From the sequence record JAKSYS010000135.1: 32,000 nucleotides of DNA. One strand, 5' to 3'. The position numbers and the translations under genes are program-made. The notes below the pieces were generated by a model that worked only from the letters and a program-made list of their open reading frames with translations, was not told the origin of the DNA and did no database searches. Below are positions 17,516 through 27,400 of this stretch, piece by piece (within the stretch, counting starts at the first letter, position 1; each line of letters opens with the position of its first letter).

Positions 17516-18984
17516 TTAAAAATAAAGCAATTCTGTTAATAAATTTACACTCATATGAATTGAATTTAAGAAAATATCAGGTATTAAACCCATAATAAAT
17601 GTACCTAATATTAGAGGAACAAATACTACAAACTCTCTTTTATTTAAATCTAAAAAACTATTAAAATATTGAGTTTTAGATTACCATAAGCTATACGATT
17701 AAACAACCATAAAGAGTAACAACCCCTATAATCATACTGCTGGCACCTATAAAACTAACACTTGTATTGGTTTTAAAAGACCCTGCTAAAATTAAAAATT
17801 CACCTACAAAGCTGCTTGTGCCAGGAAGCCCTATGTTTGCCAAAGTAAAAAAAAGAAATATGATAACATATAGAGGCATAACATGTACTAAACCACCATA
17901 ATATTTAACCATTCTGGTACCATGCCTATCATACACAACACCTATTATTAAAAATAAAGCACTAGCAACGAATCCGTGACTTAAGCTTTGTAAAATAGCA
18001 CCTTCAAGACCTATAGTATTAAAACTAAAAATACCTAACATAACTAAATTCATGTGAGCAATTGACGTATAAGCAATAATTCGTTTAAAATCCGTTTGAC
18101 GAATTGCAGTAAATGACGGATAAACAATTCCTATTACAGCCATGGTATAAACTAGAGGAGAAAAATAAAAAGATGCTTCAGGAAATAATGGTAATGAGAA
18201 TCTTAAAAAACCATAAGTACCAAGTTTAAGTAAAACACCTGCTAATATTACAGAACCTGCAGTAGGAGCTTCTACATGGGCTTCAGGTAACCATAAGTGT
18301 ACAGGAACCATAGGTACTTTAGCCGCAAATGAAAGGAAAAACGTGAACCAAAGTAACTGTTGTTCAAACAATGAAAAAGTAAATGTTAACAATATTTCGT
18401 AATCCGTGGTGCCTGATTGAAGATATATATACAAAATTGATAGCAACATTAGAATAGAACCGGTTAACGTGTATAGAAAAAAAAAGTAAGCTGCACGAAT
18501 TTTTCGTTCTCTTGAACCCCATACACCTATTATTAAAAACATTGGAATTAAAACGCTTTCAAAAAGATATAAAACATTAATAAATCTAATACGCAGAACA
18601 CTCCTATTAAAAAAAATTCCATTACTAGAAAAGAAATTAAATACTCTTTTAAATTAAGTTTAACGGTTTCCCAACTAATTAACAAGCATAAAGCAATTAA
18701 TAATGTAGTTAACAAAACAAAAAATAAAGAAATACCATCTATTCCTAAATTTAAATTAACATTTAATAAATGTAACCAAGAGTTTTTTGTTACAAATTGA
18801 AAAGTTCCTACTGTTGGTTTAAAAATTATTGTCATATAAAAGATAATAGAAAAGTAATGCATGAAGTTCTAAAACTTATTATTTTAAGTGAATTTAAATC
18901 AGAAGACAGGGTATTTAATAACTGGAAAACGCCAAATAAAGGCAACATAAGTAAATAAATCAATAAATTTTTTAAGCTAAACAT
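17516..18984 (-). CDS. nad4: NADH dehydrogenase subunit 4, four frame breaks
   Basis: Segments in different frames assemble a full ND4:
- MFSLKNLL...
- ..LGIDGISLFFVLLTTLL...DLLMFYIF
- FESVLIPMFLIIGVWGSRERKIRAAYFFFLYTLTGS...PMVPVHLWLPEAHVEAPTAGSVILAG...
- ..YSLWLFNRIAYGNLK
- ..TQYFNSFLDLNKREF...LLYF*. Confidence 0.85.
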
Positions 18985-18995
18985 TTTTATATAAA

Positions 18996-19069
18996 CACAT
19001 TTTATAGGATTTGAACCTATGACCGTCAACTTAGAAGGCTGTTGCTCTATCCAACTGAGCTAAAAATGT
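18996..19069 (-). tRNA. trnR: tRNA-Arg (UCU)
   Basis: Acceptor acatttt/aaaatgt. D stem gctc/gagc. Loop ctTCTaa. T arm atagg-ttcaaat-cctat. Confidence 0.75.
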
Positions 19070-19184
19070 TTTATATTATGAATAGCAAACTCATTTTATA
19101 CGTTACCAAGTAAAGCATTGTAGGATTTACAAAAGAAAATAAAAAAGTAAAACAAAAGAACAACAATAACAACTTTTCTGGAAG

Positions 19185-20573
19185 TTATTGGGAAGTACAA
19201 TTACCCACTATGCAAGGTTCAAAAATAAAATTTTCACAATTCTTAAATAAAAAACGTAGATACTATACTGAACATTAAAATAAAAATGCTATAAAATACA
19301 TACTTTTTTAACAATAGCAAGTAATATGTTTAATTTTGCTAAAAACCTACCATTGGCGGTACACCTGCTATTGAAAAAGTGCTGTCATTAAAATAATTGC
19401 TAATATTTTATTTGATTTAGCTAACAAAACAAAATCAGCTAAATCTCTATTTTGTTTTTTCGTTAGTTTTTTAGACGTAAAAACATAAAAACAGACCAAA
19501 TACATAATCCTGAACTTATATACACAATTAAATAACAAAATAACATATGAAAACCATCGAAAGATTCGGAAATATACGAAATTAATAAATACCCCATGTG
19601 ACTAATAGAACTATATGCCAACAAACTTTTGAATTTTCGTTGTTCTAATCCACCTAAAGAACCTACAACGATACTTAATACAGCAACTAATGAAACTACA
19701 CCTTTTGACCAAGATAAATCTGAAATAAGAACAGAAGAAGAAAAACGTAAAATCACAATAAAAATACTAATTTTGGGAACTATAGCAAAAAAAAAAGCTG
19801 AACTTGTGGGAGAATTTTCATAAATATCTGGCGACCACATATGGAAAGGGGCTAGCGCTAATTTGAAAAATAAACTTACAAAAATAAATAGTAACCCTAT
19901 TATTAAAAAATTTCCTGTCTCTAAAATAATTTTATAATTAAAAGATGATAGACTATTAAAATAGAGTAAACTAATACCGTTTGAATCTATTATTGACATT
20001 AAAGAATTATTATTAGCATAGAAAATGTTTAAATCGCGCAGTTCGGAAAAATTAACAGTACCTAATGCACCGTAAATTAATGAAGAACCGAACAAAAACA
20101 ATCCTGAAGAAAAGATCCTAAAATAAAATATTTTAAACCGCTCTCTACAGAATAAGATGAGTTTTTTTAAAAGCTGTTAACAAATAAAACGACAAACTTT
20201 GCAATTCTATAGCTAAATAAGTAGTCATTAAATCATTGGAAGAACACAGTAAAAATAATCCTAAAACCGCAAACAGTAAAATAATAACATATTCAAAAGA
20301 GTTAATTTTTTGAGCAATTAAATACTGTTTAATTAACAATAAACAAATTAAAGAAGAAATGCCTATGATAAATCTAGAACTAAAACTTAAATAGTCATTA
20401 ATAATTGTATTAGAAAAACTTACGTATCGTAAACTTCCTAAACAATCATTCCATAAAAGGCAACAAGACATAAAAATAGTTAAAACAGATAGATTTATTA
20501 AAGAAGACTGTATTAATGGAAACCCATGTTGGCTATTAATAGAGATGAAAAGACAATGAATAATTAAATACAT
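19185..20573 (-). CDS. nad2: NADH dehydrogenase subunit 2, about nine frame breaks
   Basis: The N-terminal 142-aa and central 212-aa ORFs carry ND2 motifs (..LAIELQSLSFYLL.., ..KLALAPFHMWSPDIYE.., ..LLAYSSISHMGYLL..). The linking and C-terminal parts ([48 protein letters not shown]) are only readable after frame changes. The 3' end is uncertain. Confidence 0.8.
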
Positions 20574-20782
20574 AATAGAAATACCTAAAAAAATTCTGTA
20601 AACACACTCATTTCACTTAATTTCATAGTTTCAATTATCATTTTAAAATTAAAATAGTTAACTTCTTTTATATTAAAACTGAATTTTGGCAGATCTTTTC
20701 CATAAAAACGTTATAAAACTTAAAGTAATTTTGTTTTATGTAAATATATTATATTTAAAACTTTATACCATCTTAGTGTTTT

Positions 20783-20871
20783 TGGAAAGAAAAGGATTCG
20801 AACCTTCGATATAGTTTCTGCTATATAAAGATTTAGCAGATCTTCACTTTAAACCGCTCAGTCATCTTTCC
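20783..20871 (-). tRNA. trnS: tRNA-Ser (GCU), long variable arm
   Basis: Acceptor ggaaaga/tctttcc. Loop ctGCTaa. T arm gaagg-ttcgaat-ccttt. Confidence 0.8.
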
Positions 20872-20988
20872 TTTTAGTATACACAGATACACATCGAAAG
20901 ATTAAGTATTATTAAAAAATAGCTGATTCAAAATAATAGAATACATTCACTATTTTACAACGAATAATCAAAGAAAACATTTTAAAAG

Positions 20989-21061
20989 TATCCTTAACGG
21001 GATTTGAACCCGTGTTACTACCGTGAAAGGGTAAGGTCCTAAACCACTAGACGATAAGGAC
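20989..21061 (-). tRNA. trnE: tRNA-Glu (UUC)
   Basis: Acceptor gtcctta/taaggat. Anticodon stem ttacc/ggtag with loop ctTTCac. T arm acggg-ttcaaat-cccgt. Confidence 0.8.
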
Positions 21062-21078
21062 TGAAAGAATATTTATTT

Positions 21079-21378
21079 TTACCAGCTTGATTTTTTTAAA
21101 GAACAAAGATATCCAAATCTAGCAAGTCTTAAAAACATTATACGTGAAAAACTGTAAAATTTATTAATTCTTTTTCGTCTACCTGTTATAATACACCTGT
21201 TACAATAAACAGTAGAAGAGCCTCCCTTAGGCATTTTTGCTATTGTTAACTCAGCTTTCCATCGTATATAAATTGAAAGATTGTTATTTTTTACTATATT
21301 TTTTAAAAGAAACCTTTTTATTTCATTTAAAAATAAAAGGTTTCTATTTATTTTATCTTTTCGTACTTGTTTTTTCAT
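21079..21378 (-). CDS. rps14: ribosomal protein S14
   Basis: 99-aa ORF. ..NRCIITGRRKRINKFYSFSRIMFLRLARFGYLCSLKKSSW has the typical S14 C-terminus (..R..a..G.l.G..KaSW). Confidence 0.9.
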   Translation of the reverse strand: MKKQVRKDKINRNLLFLNEIKRFLLKNIVKNNNLSIYIRWKAELTIAKMPKGGSSTVYCNRCIITGRRKRINKFYSFSRIMFLRLARFGYLCSLKKSSW

Positions 21379-21383
21379 AAAAA

Positions 21384-21945
21384 TTAATTAGCCCAAGGTG
21401 ATATAAAGTTGAAAGTCCTATACTCTTGACTTAATTCGATCGACTCATTAATAACTCGTTTTTGAGTTTCACTATAACGCATTTCTATAAAACCACTTAA
21501 AGGAAAGTCTTTTCGTAACGGATACCCATTAAAACCATAATCAGTTAAAATTCTTTTAAGATTTGAATGGTTCTTAAAAAAACCCCAAACATATCCCAAA
21601 CCTCTGATTCAAACCACCCTGCAGCAGAAAAAACGGACGTAACAGAAAAATACTACCTAATTCATAAGTAAAAATTTTTAGCTTAAGTCTTGTATTATAT
21701 CGAATACTTAACAAATCATATACAACAACAAACCTATAAAGACTCTTTGGATAATCCACTCCTGATATACTTGTTAATATTTTAAATTGACATAAAAAAT
21801 GATTTTTAAAAAATAATAGAATCTCTAATATATCATTAGTTTGAACAATTAAAATAATTTCTGAATTATAGTATTGAATTTTTTTAATTGGACAAATTTG
21901 AGATATATTCTTAAAATTTTCTGTAACAATTATATTATTAGACAT
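21384..21945 (-). CDS. nad9: NADH dehydrogenase subunit 9, two frame breaks
   Basis: ..[39 protein letters not shown].. is followed in a second frame by [24 protein letters not shown] third frame continues [35 protein letters not shown]. The breaks are in the A5 run 21645-21649 and the A7 run 21575-21581 (plus strand). Confidence 0.85.
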
Positions 21946-21955
21946 CACTTAAAAT

Positions 21956-23152
21956 TTATCTATCAACTTCACCAAATACAATATCTTGAGTACCTATTAT
22001 AGTCACAACGTCAGCAATCATGTGTCCTTTGGACATATGATTTAATGCTTGCAAATGACTAAACCCTGGAGCTTTAATTTTACACCTATAAGGCCTATTA
22101 CTTCCGTCAGACACTAAATACACACCGAATTCACCTTTAGGGGCCTCAGTCCCTACATAAGTTTCGCTTGCAGGTATGGTAAAACTTTGTGTATACATTT
22201 CAAAATGATGTATTAAAGATTCCATTGATTGTTTAATTTTATACCTAGATGGTGGTATTAACTTATTATCTGTCGATTTTATAGGCCCGTGAGGTATTTG
22301 AATTAAGCATTGCTTAATAATTTTAATAGATTCTCGCATCTCAAACACTCTTACCAAATACCGATCATAACAATCTCCATTTTTACCTACAGGTATTTTA
22401 AAATCCACTTCTCTATAAATTTCATAAGGTTGACTTTTTCTTAAATCCCAACTAATACCAGAACCTCTTAACATAACACCACTAAAACCCCAATCATATG
22501 CGTCTTTTACTGAAACCACCCCAATGTTTATTAATCGCTGTTTCCATATGCGATTTTCTGTTAGCATATCTTCCATTTCAACAAGCCTTAAATTAAATTG
22601 CTCAACAAATATATAAATATCTGTTAAAAGCCCTTTAGGTAAATCTAAATGAACTCCACCAGGTCTAAAATACGATGAGTGTAACCTTGCTCCTGATACA
22701 CGTTCATAAAATTCCATTAGTTTTTCTCTCTCCTCAAATGCCCATAAAAAAGGGGTCATAGCACCAACATCCATAGCATGACACCCTACGGCAAGTAAAT
22801 GATTTAAAATTCGTGTGATCTCAGCAAATAAAACCCTTATATATTGTGCTCTTTTTGGAATTTTTGCGTTGAATAATTTCTCAACAGCCAAACAATATGA
22901 GTGTTCTTGTGCCATCATAGACACATAATCTAATCGATCTAAATAAGGTAATGCTTGAATATAATTTTTATATTCTATTAATTTTTCAGTACCTCTGTGC
23001 AACAGACCTATATGAGGTTCTGCTCTCAAAATAACTTCCCCATCAAGTTCTAAGATTAAACGTAAAACTCCGTGAGCTGCAGGATGCTGTGGGCCAAAAT
23101 TAATAGTAAAATTTTTTATTTTTTTCAATAAAGATTTTTTTTTTAAAGTCAT
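21956..23152 (-). CDS. nad7: NADH dehydrogenase subunit 7 (49 kDa)
   Basis: 398-aa intact [31 protein letters not shown], ..GEFGVYL.SDGS..PYRCKI.APGF.HL and the terminal DIVFGEVDR. Confidence 0.95.
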   Translation of the reverse strand: MTLKKKSLLKKIKNFTINFGPQHPAAHGVLRLILELDGEVILRAEPHIGLLHRGTEKLIEYKNYIQALPYLDRLDYVSMMAQEHSYCLAVEKLFNAKIPKRAQYIRVLFAEITRILNHLLAVGCHAMDVGAMTPFLWAFEEREKLMEFYERVSGARLHSSYFRPGGVHLDLPKGLLTDIYIFVEQFNLRLVEMEDMLTENRIWKQRLINIGVVSVKDAYDWGFSGVMLRGSGISWDLRKSQPYEIYREVDFKIPVGKNGDCYDRYLVRVFEMRESIKIIKQCLIQIPHGPIKSTDNKLIPPSRYKIKQSMESLIHHFEMYTQSFTIPASETYVGTEAPKGEFGVYLVSDGSNRPYRCKIKAPGFSHLQALNHMSKGHMIADVVTIIGTQDIVFGEVDR

Positions 23153-23169
23153 GGCGAATACTAAATTTT

Positions 23170-23242
23170 TAAGCTTAAGTAGATTTGAACTACTGGCTTT
23201 ACGCTTATCAGGCGTACGCTCTAACCCCTGAGCTACAAGCTT
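23170..23242 (-). tRNA. trnI: tRNA-Ile (GAU)
   Basis: Acceptor aagcttg/taagctt. D stem gctc/gagc. Anticodon stem tacgc/gcgta with loop ctGATaa. T arm agtag-ttcaaat-ctact. Confidence 0.85.
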
Positions 23243-23265
23243 AACTGTTGAGATGACAATAACTT

Positions 23266-24036
23266 TTAATTATTGCTTAGTTCTAATTTAGTCATAATAT
23301 AATTATGAAATTGTAAAGTTGGTAGAGCCACAACCACTATAGGCATAAACCCGTGATTTACCCCACAAATTTCACTACATTGACCAAAAAATACACCAAT
23401 ACGTTTAATAAATAGATTAACTTGATTTAATCTACCAGGACAAGCGTCTATTTTTAAACCAAACGAAGGAATAGTCCAGCTGTGTAAAACATCAGCAGCA
23501 CTTATCAATACCCGTAAATGGGTATTAGTTGGTAATACTACACGTTTATTTGTTTCTAATAATCGGAAATATCCTTGTTTATTCTTTGGAAGCCCGTCTA
23601 GAACCATCATATAACAAACATATTTTAAATTTTGGTTTTTTTTTTGACAAGAGTTAAAATCTGAGATTTCGTAACTCCAAAACCATTGATGTCCTAAAAT
23701 TTTTAAAGATAATTCAGGATCAGAGATTTCATCCATAGAATATAAAAGAGTAAACGATGGGGTAGCTAGTAAAAGAAGTATTAAAGCCGGCACAGAAGTC
23801 CACACAATCTCTAATTCTTTTGAATGAACAAATTTAGAATTATACTTATTGTGAAATTCAACAAAATAATAGACGGTTAACACTAAAAACCAGCCTACAA
23901 ATAAAACGATTACGATTAACAAAAATGTCAGGTGCTTATTAAATATTAAGATACCTTCCATGGATATACTGGCAGGGTCTTGGAAACCCATCTGCCAGTA
24001 GGTTGGAGCGTCTGTATGAAAAATTTTAAACAACAT
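23266..24036 (-). CDS. cox2: cytochrome c oxidase subunit 2
   Basis: 256-aa intact [12 protein letters not shown], two N-terminal helices, and the CuA site [21 protein letters not shown]....[17 protein letters not shown]. Confidence 0.95.
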   Translation of the reverse strand: MLFKIFHTDAPTYWQMGFQDPASISMEGILIFNKHLTFLLIVIVLFVGWFLVLTVYYFVEFHNKYNSKFVHSKELEIVWTSVPALILLLLATPSFTLLYSMDEISDPELSLKILGHQWFWSYEISDFNSCQKKNQNLKYVCYMMVLDGLPKNKQGYFRLLETNKRVVLPTNTHLRVLISAADVLHSWTIPSFGLKIDACPGRLNQVNLFIKRIGVFFGQCSEICGVNHGFMPIVVVALPTLQFHNYIMTKLELSNN

Positions 24037-24210
24037 TTAATTTTAAATTTTTATTAAAATAGCACAAACAGACGCACCCACCTATATCACTTGTATTACT
24101 ACAAAAACCACCCACCTTTTTTTTAACGATACCACAGTTACTATTTTTATTTATATGTCAAATTAATCTTTTAAACTTATAAATAAAAATTAATAAAAAT
24201 AATATTTTTA

Positions 24211-24283
24211 TGTTAACAGTTGGAATCGAACCAACGACCTCCGGGGCATGAGCCCGATAAGCGAACCTCTGCTTCTTGCTAAC
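24211..24283 (-). tRNA. trnM: tRNA-Met (CAU), initiator-like
   Basis: Acceptor gttagca/tgttaac. The anticodon stem tcggg/cccgg ends in three consecutive G-C pairs, as in initiator tRNAs. Loop ctCATgc. T arm gttgg-ttcgatt-ccaac. Confidence 0.75.
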
Positions 24284-24432
24284 TTTTCAAATTTTAATGT
24301 TATTTTTTATTATAAATATAAGTTTATAATAAACACACATCTTTTGATCGTTATTTCCATAGAAACAAAAGTCTACTTTTATTAGATTAAGTCTGCAAAA
24401 AATCATAAAACAACATTTTTTGCTAAAACTTT

Positions 24433-27400
24433 GCCCTCTTTTTGGTAATTTTATGTGAAAAACACCGTTTTTAGTTACTTTGGTATAAAAATACCTAAAA
24501 GTCTGTAAACATTTTTATCGAAAAAAAAATAAGTGAACATTTTTACTTTTCTCTATATTAATGAAAAAATTTCCGTCGTACTTTTTTTTTGCAAATTGCA
24601 TTTAAAATTGTGTTATTTTTATTTAATACAACTTCGTTTTACTGTTTTTCGTCAAAACCTTTCCAATTGGAGTCGTTGGAAACTAAAAATGTACGCAGTT
24701 TGTTCGATTTTGTTGCTTTTTATGAAAACAATACAATTTCCATCGAATTTGAAACTCAAAATTACACTTTCCGTCAAACCTTTCGGATTTAATTGATTGC
24801 TAATTTAAAATCTCACTTTTCGTAAATGCTTCTAAAAAAACGATATTTTGATTTGTTTTAAGACAAATTGTGCTTTTTTAGGCAAAAGCACAGACTACTG
24901 TCTGTACTCGCAAAAATGGCTTCATTTTTCCCTTGGCCCATAAGGGAAAAATTTAGCCTGTTTTTTTATTTTTTTGCTTTTTTACCCTCTTTTGGTAATT
25001 TTATGTGAAAAACACCTTTTTTAGTTACTTTGGTATAAAAATACCTAAAAGTCTGTAAACATTTTTATCGAAAAAAAAATAAGTGAACATTTTTACTTTT
25101 CTCTATATTAATGAAAAAATTTCCGTCGTACTTTTTTTTGCAAATTGCATTTAAAATTGTGTTATTTTTATTTAATACAACTTCGTTTTACTGTTTTTTC
25201 GTCAAAACCTTTCCAATTGGAGTCGTTGGAAACTAAAAAATGTACGCAGTTTGTTCGATTTTGTTGCTTTTTATGAAAACAATACAATTTCTATCGAATT
25301 TGAAACTCAAAATTACACTTTTCGTCAAACCTTTCTGATTTTATCGATGGTTGTTGAAAAACGCAGAAAGATTTGTTACAGTTTTTTCCGTCAAACCTTT
25401 CTGATTTAATTGATTGCTAATTTAAAATCTCACTTTTCGTAAATGCTTCTAAAAAAACGATATTTTGATTTGTTTTAAGACAAATTGTGCTTTTTTAGGC
25501 AAAAGCACAGACTACTGTCTGTACTCGCAAAAATGGCTTCATTTTTCCCTTGGCCCATAAGGGAAAAATTTAGCCTGTTTTTTTATTTTTTTGCTTTTTT
25601 ACCCTCTTTTGGTAATTTTATGTGAAAAACACCTTTTTTAGTTACTTTGGTATAAAAATACCTAAAAGTCTGTAAACATTTTTATCGAAAAAAAAATAAG
25701 TGAACATTTTTACTTTTCTCTATATTAATGAAAAAATTTCCGTCGTACTTTTTTTTTGCAAATTGCATTTAAAATTGTGTTATTTTTATTTAATACAACT
25801 TCGTTTTACTGTTTTTCGTCAAAACCTTTCCAATTGGAGTCGTTGGAAACTAAAAATGTACGCAGTTTGTTCGATTTTGTTGCTTTTATGAAAACAATAC
25901 AATTTCTATCGAATTTGAAACTCAAAATTACACTTTTCGTCAAACCTTTCTGATTTTATCGATGGTTGTTGAAAAACGCAGAAAGATTTGTTACAGTTTT
26001 TTCCGTCAAACCTTTCGGATTTAATTGATTGCTAATTTAAAATCTCACTTTTCGTAAATGCTTCTAAAAAAACGATATTTTGATTTGTTTTAAGACAAAT
26101 TGTGCTTTTTTAGGCAAAAGCACAGACTACTGTCTGTACTCGCAAAAATGGCTTCATTTTTCCCTTGGCCCATAAGGGAAAAATTTAGCCTGTTTTTTTA
26201 TTTTTTTGCTTTTTTACCCTCTTTTGGTAATTTTATGTGAAAAACACCTTTTTAGTTACTTTGGTATAAAAATACCTAAAAGTCTGTAAACATTTTTATC
26301 GAAAAAAATAAGTGAACATTTTTACTTTTCTCTATATTAATGAAAAATTTCCGTCGTACTTTTTTTGCAAATTGCATTTAAAATTGTGTTATTTTTATTT
26401 AATACAACTTCGTTTTACTGTTTTTTCGTCAAAACCTTTCCTATTGGAGTCGTTGGAAACTAAAAAATGTACGCAGTTTGTTCGATTTTGTTGCTTTTTA
26501 TGAAAACAATACAATTTCTATCGAATTTGAAACTCAAAATTACACTTTTCGTCAAACCTTTCTGATTTTATCGATGGTTGTTGAAAAACGCAGAAAGATT
26601 TGTTACAGTTTTTTCCGTCAAACCTTTCGGATTTAATTGATTGCTAATTTAAAATCTCACTTTTCGTAAATGCTTCTAAAAAAACGATATTTTGATTTGT
26701 TTTAAGACAAATTGTGCTTTTTTAGGCAAAAGCACAGACTACTGTCTGTACTCGCAAAAATGGCTTCATTTTTCCCTTGGCCCATAAGGGAAAAATTTAG
26801 CCTGTTTTTTTATTTTTTTGCTTTTTTACCCTCTTTTGGTAATTTTATGTGAAAAACACCTTTTTTAGTTACTTTGGTATAAAAATACCTAAAAGTCTGT
26901 AAACATTTTTATCGAAAAAAAAATAAGTGAACATTTTTACTTTTCTCTATATTAATGAAAAAATTTCCGTCGTACTTTTTTTTGCAAATTGCATTTAAAA
27001 TTGTGTTATTTTTATTTAATACAACTTCGTTTTACTGTTTTTCGTCAAAACCTTTCCAATTGGAGTCGTTGGAAACTAAAAATGTACGCAGTTTGTTCGA
27101 TTTTGTTGCTTTTTATGAAAACAATACAATTTCTATCGAATTTGAAACTCAAAATTACACTTTTCGTCAAACCTTTCTGATTTTATCGATGGTTGTTGAA
27201 AAACGCAGAAAGATTTGTTACAGTTTTTTCCGTCAAACCTTTCGGATTTAATTGATTGCTAATTTAAAATCTCATTTTTCGTAAATGCTTCTAAAAAACG
27301 ATATTTTGATTTGTTTTAAGACAAATTGTGCTTTTTAGGCAAAAGCACAGACTACTGTCTGTACTCGCAAAAATGGCTAAATTTTTCCTTGGCCCATAAG

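Noticed and set aside
19629-19823. 64-aa ORF antisense to nad2
   Set aside because: It is opposite a segment with clear ND2 motifs.
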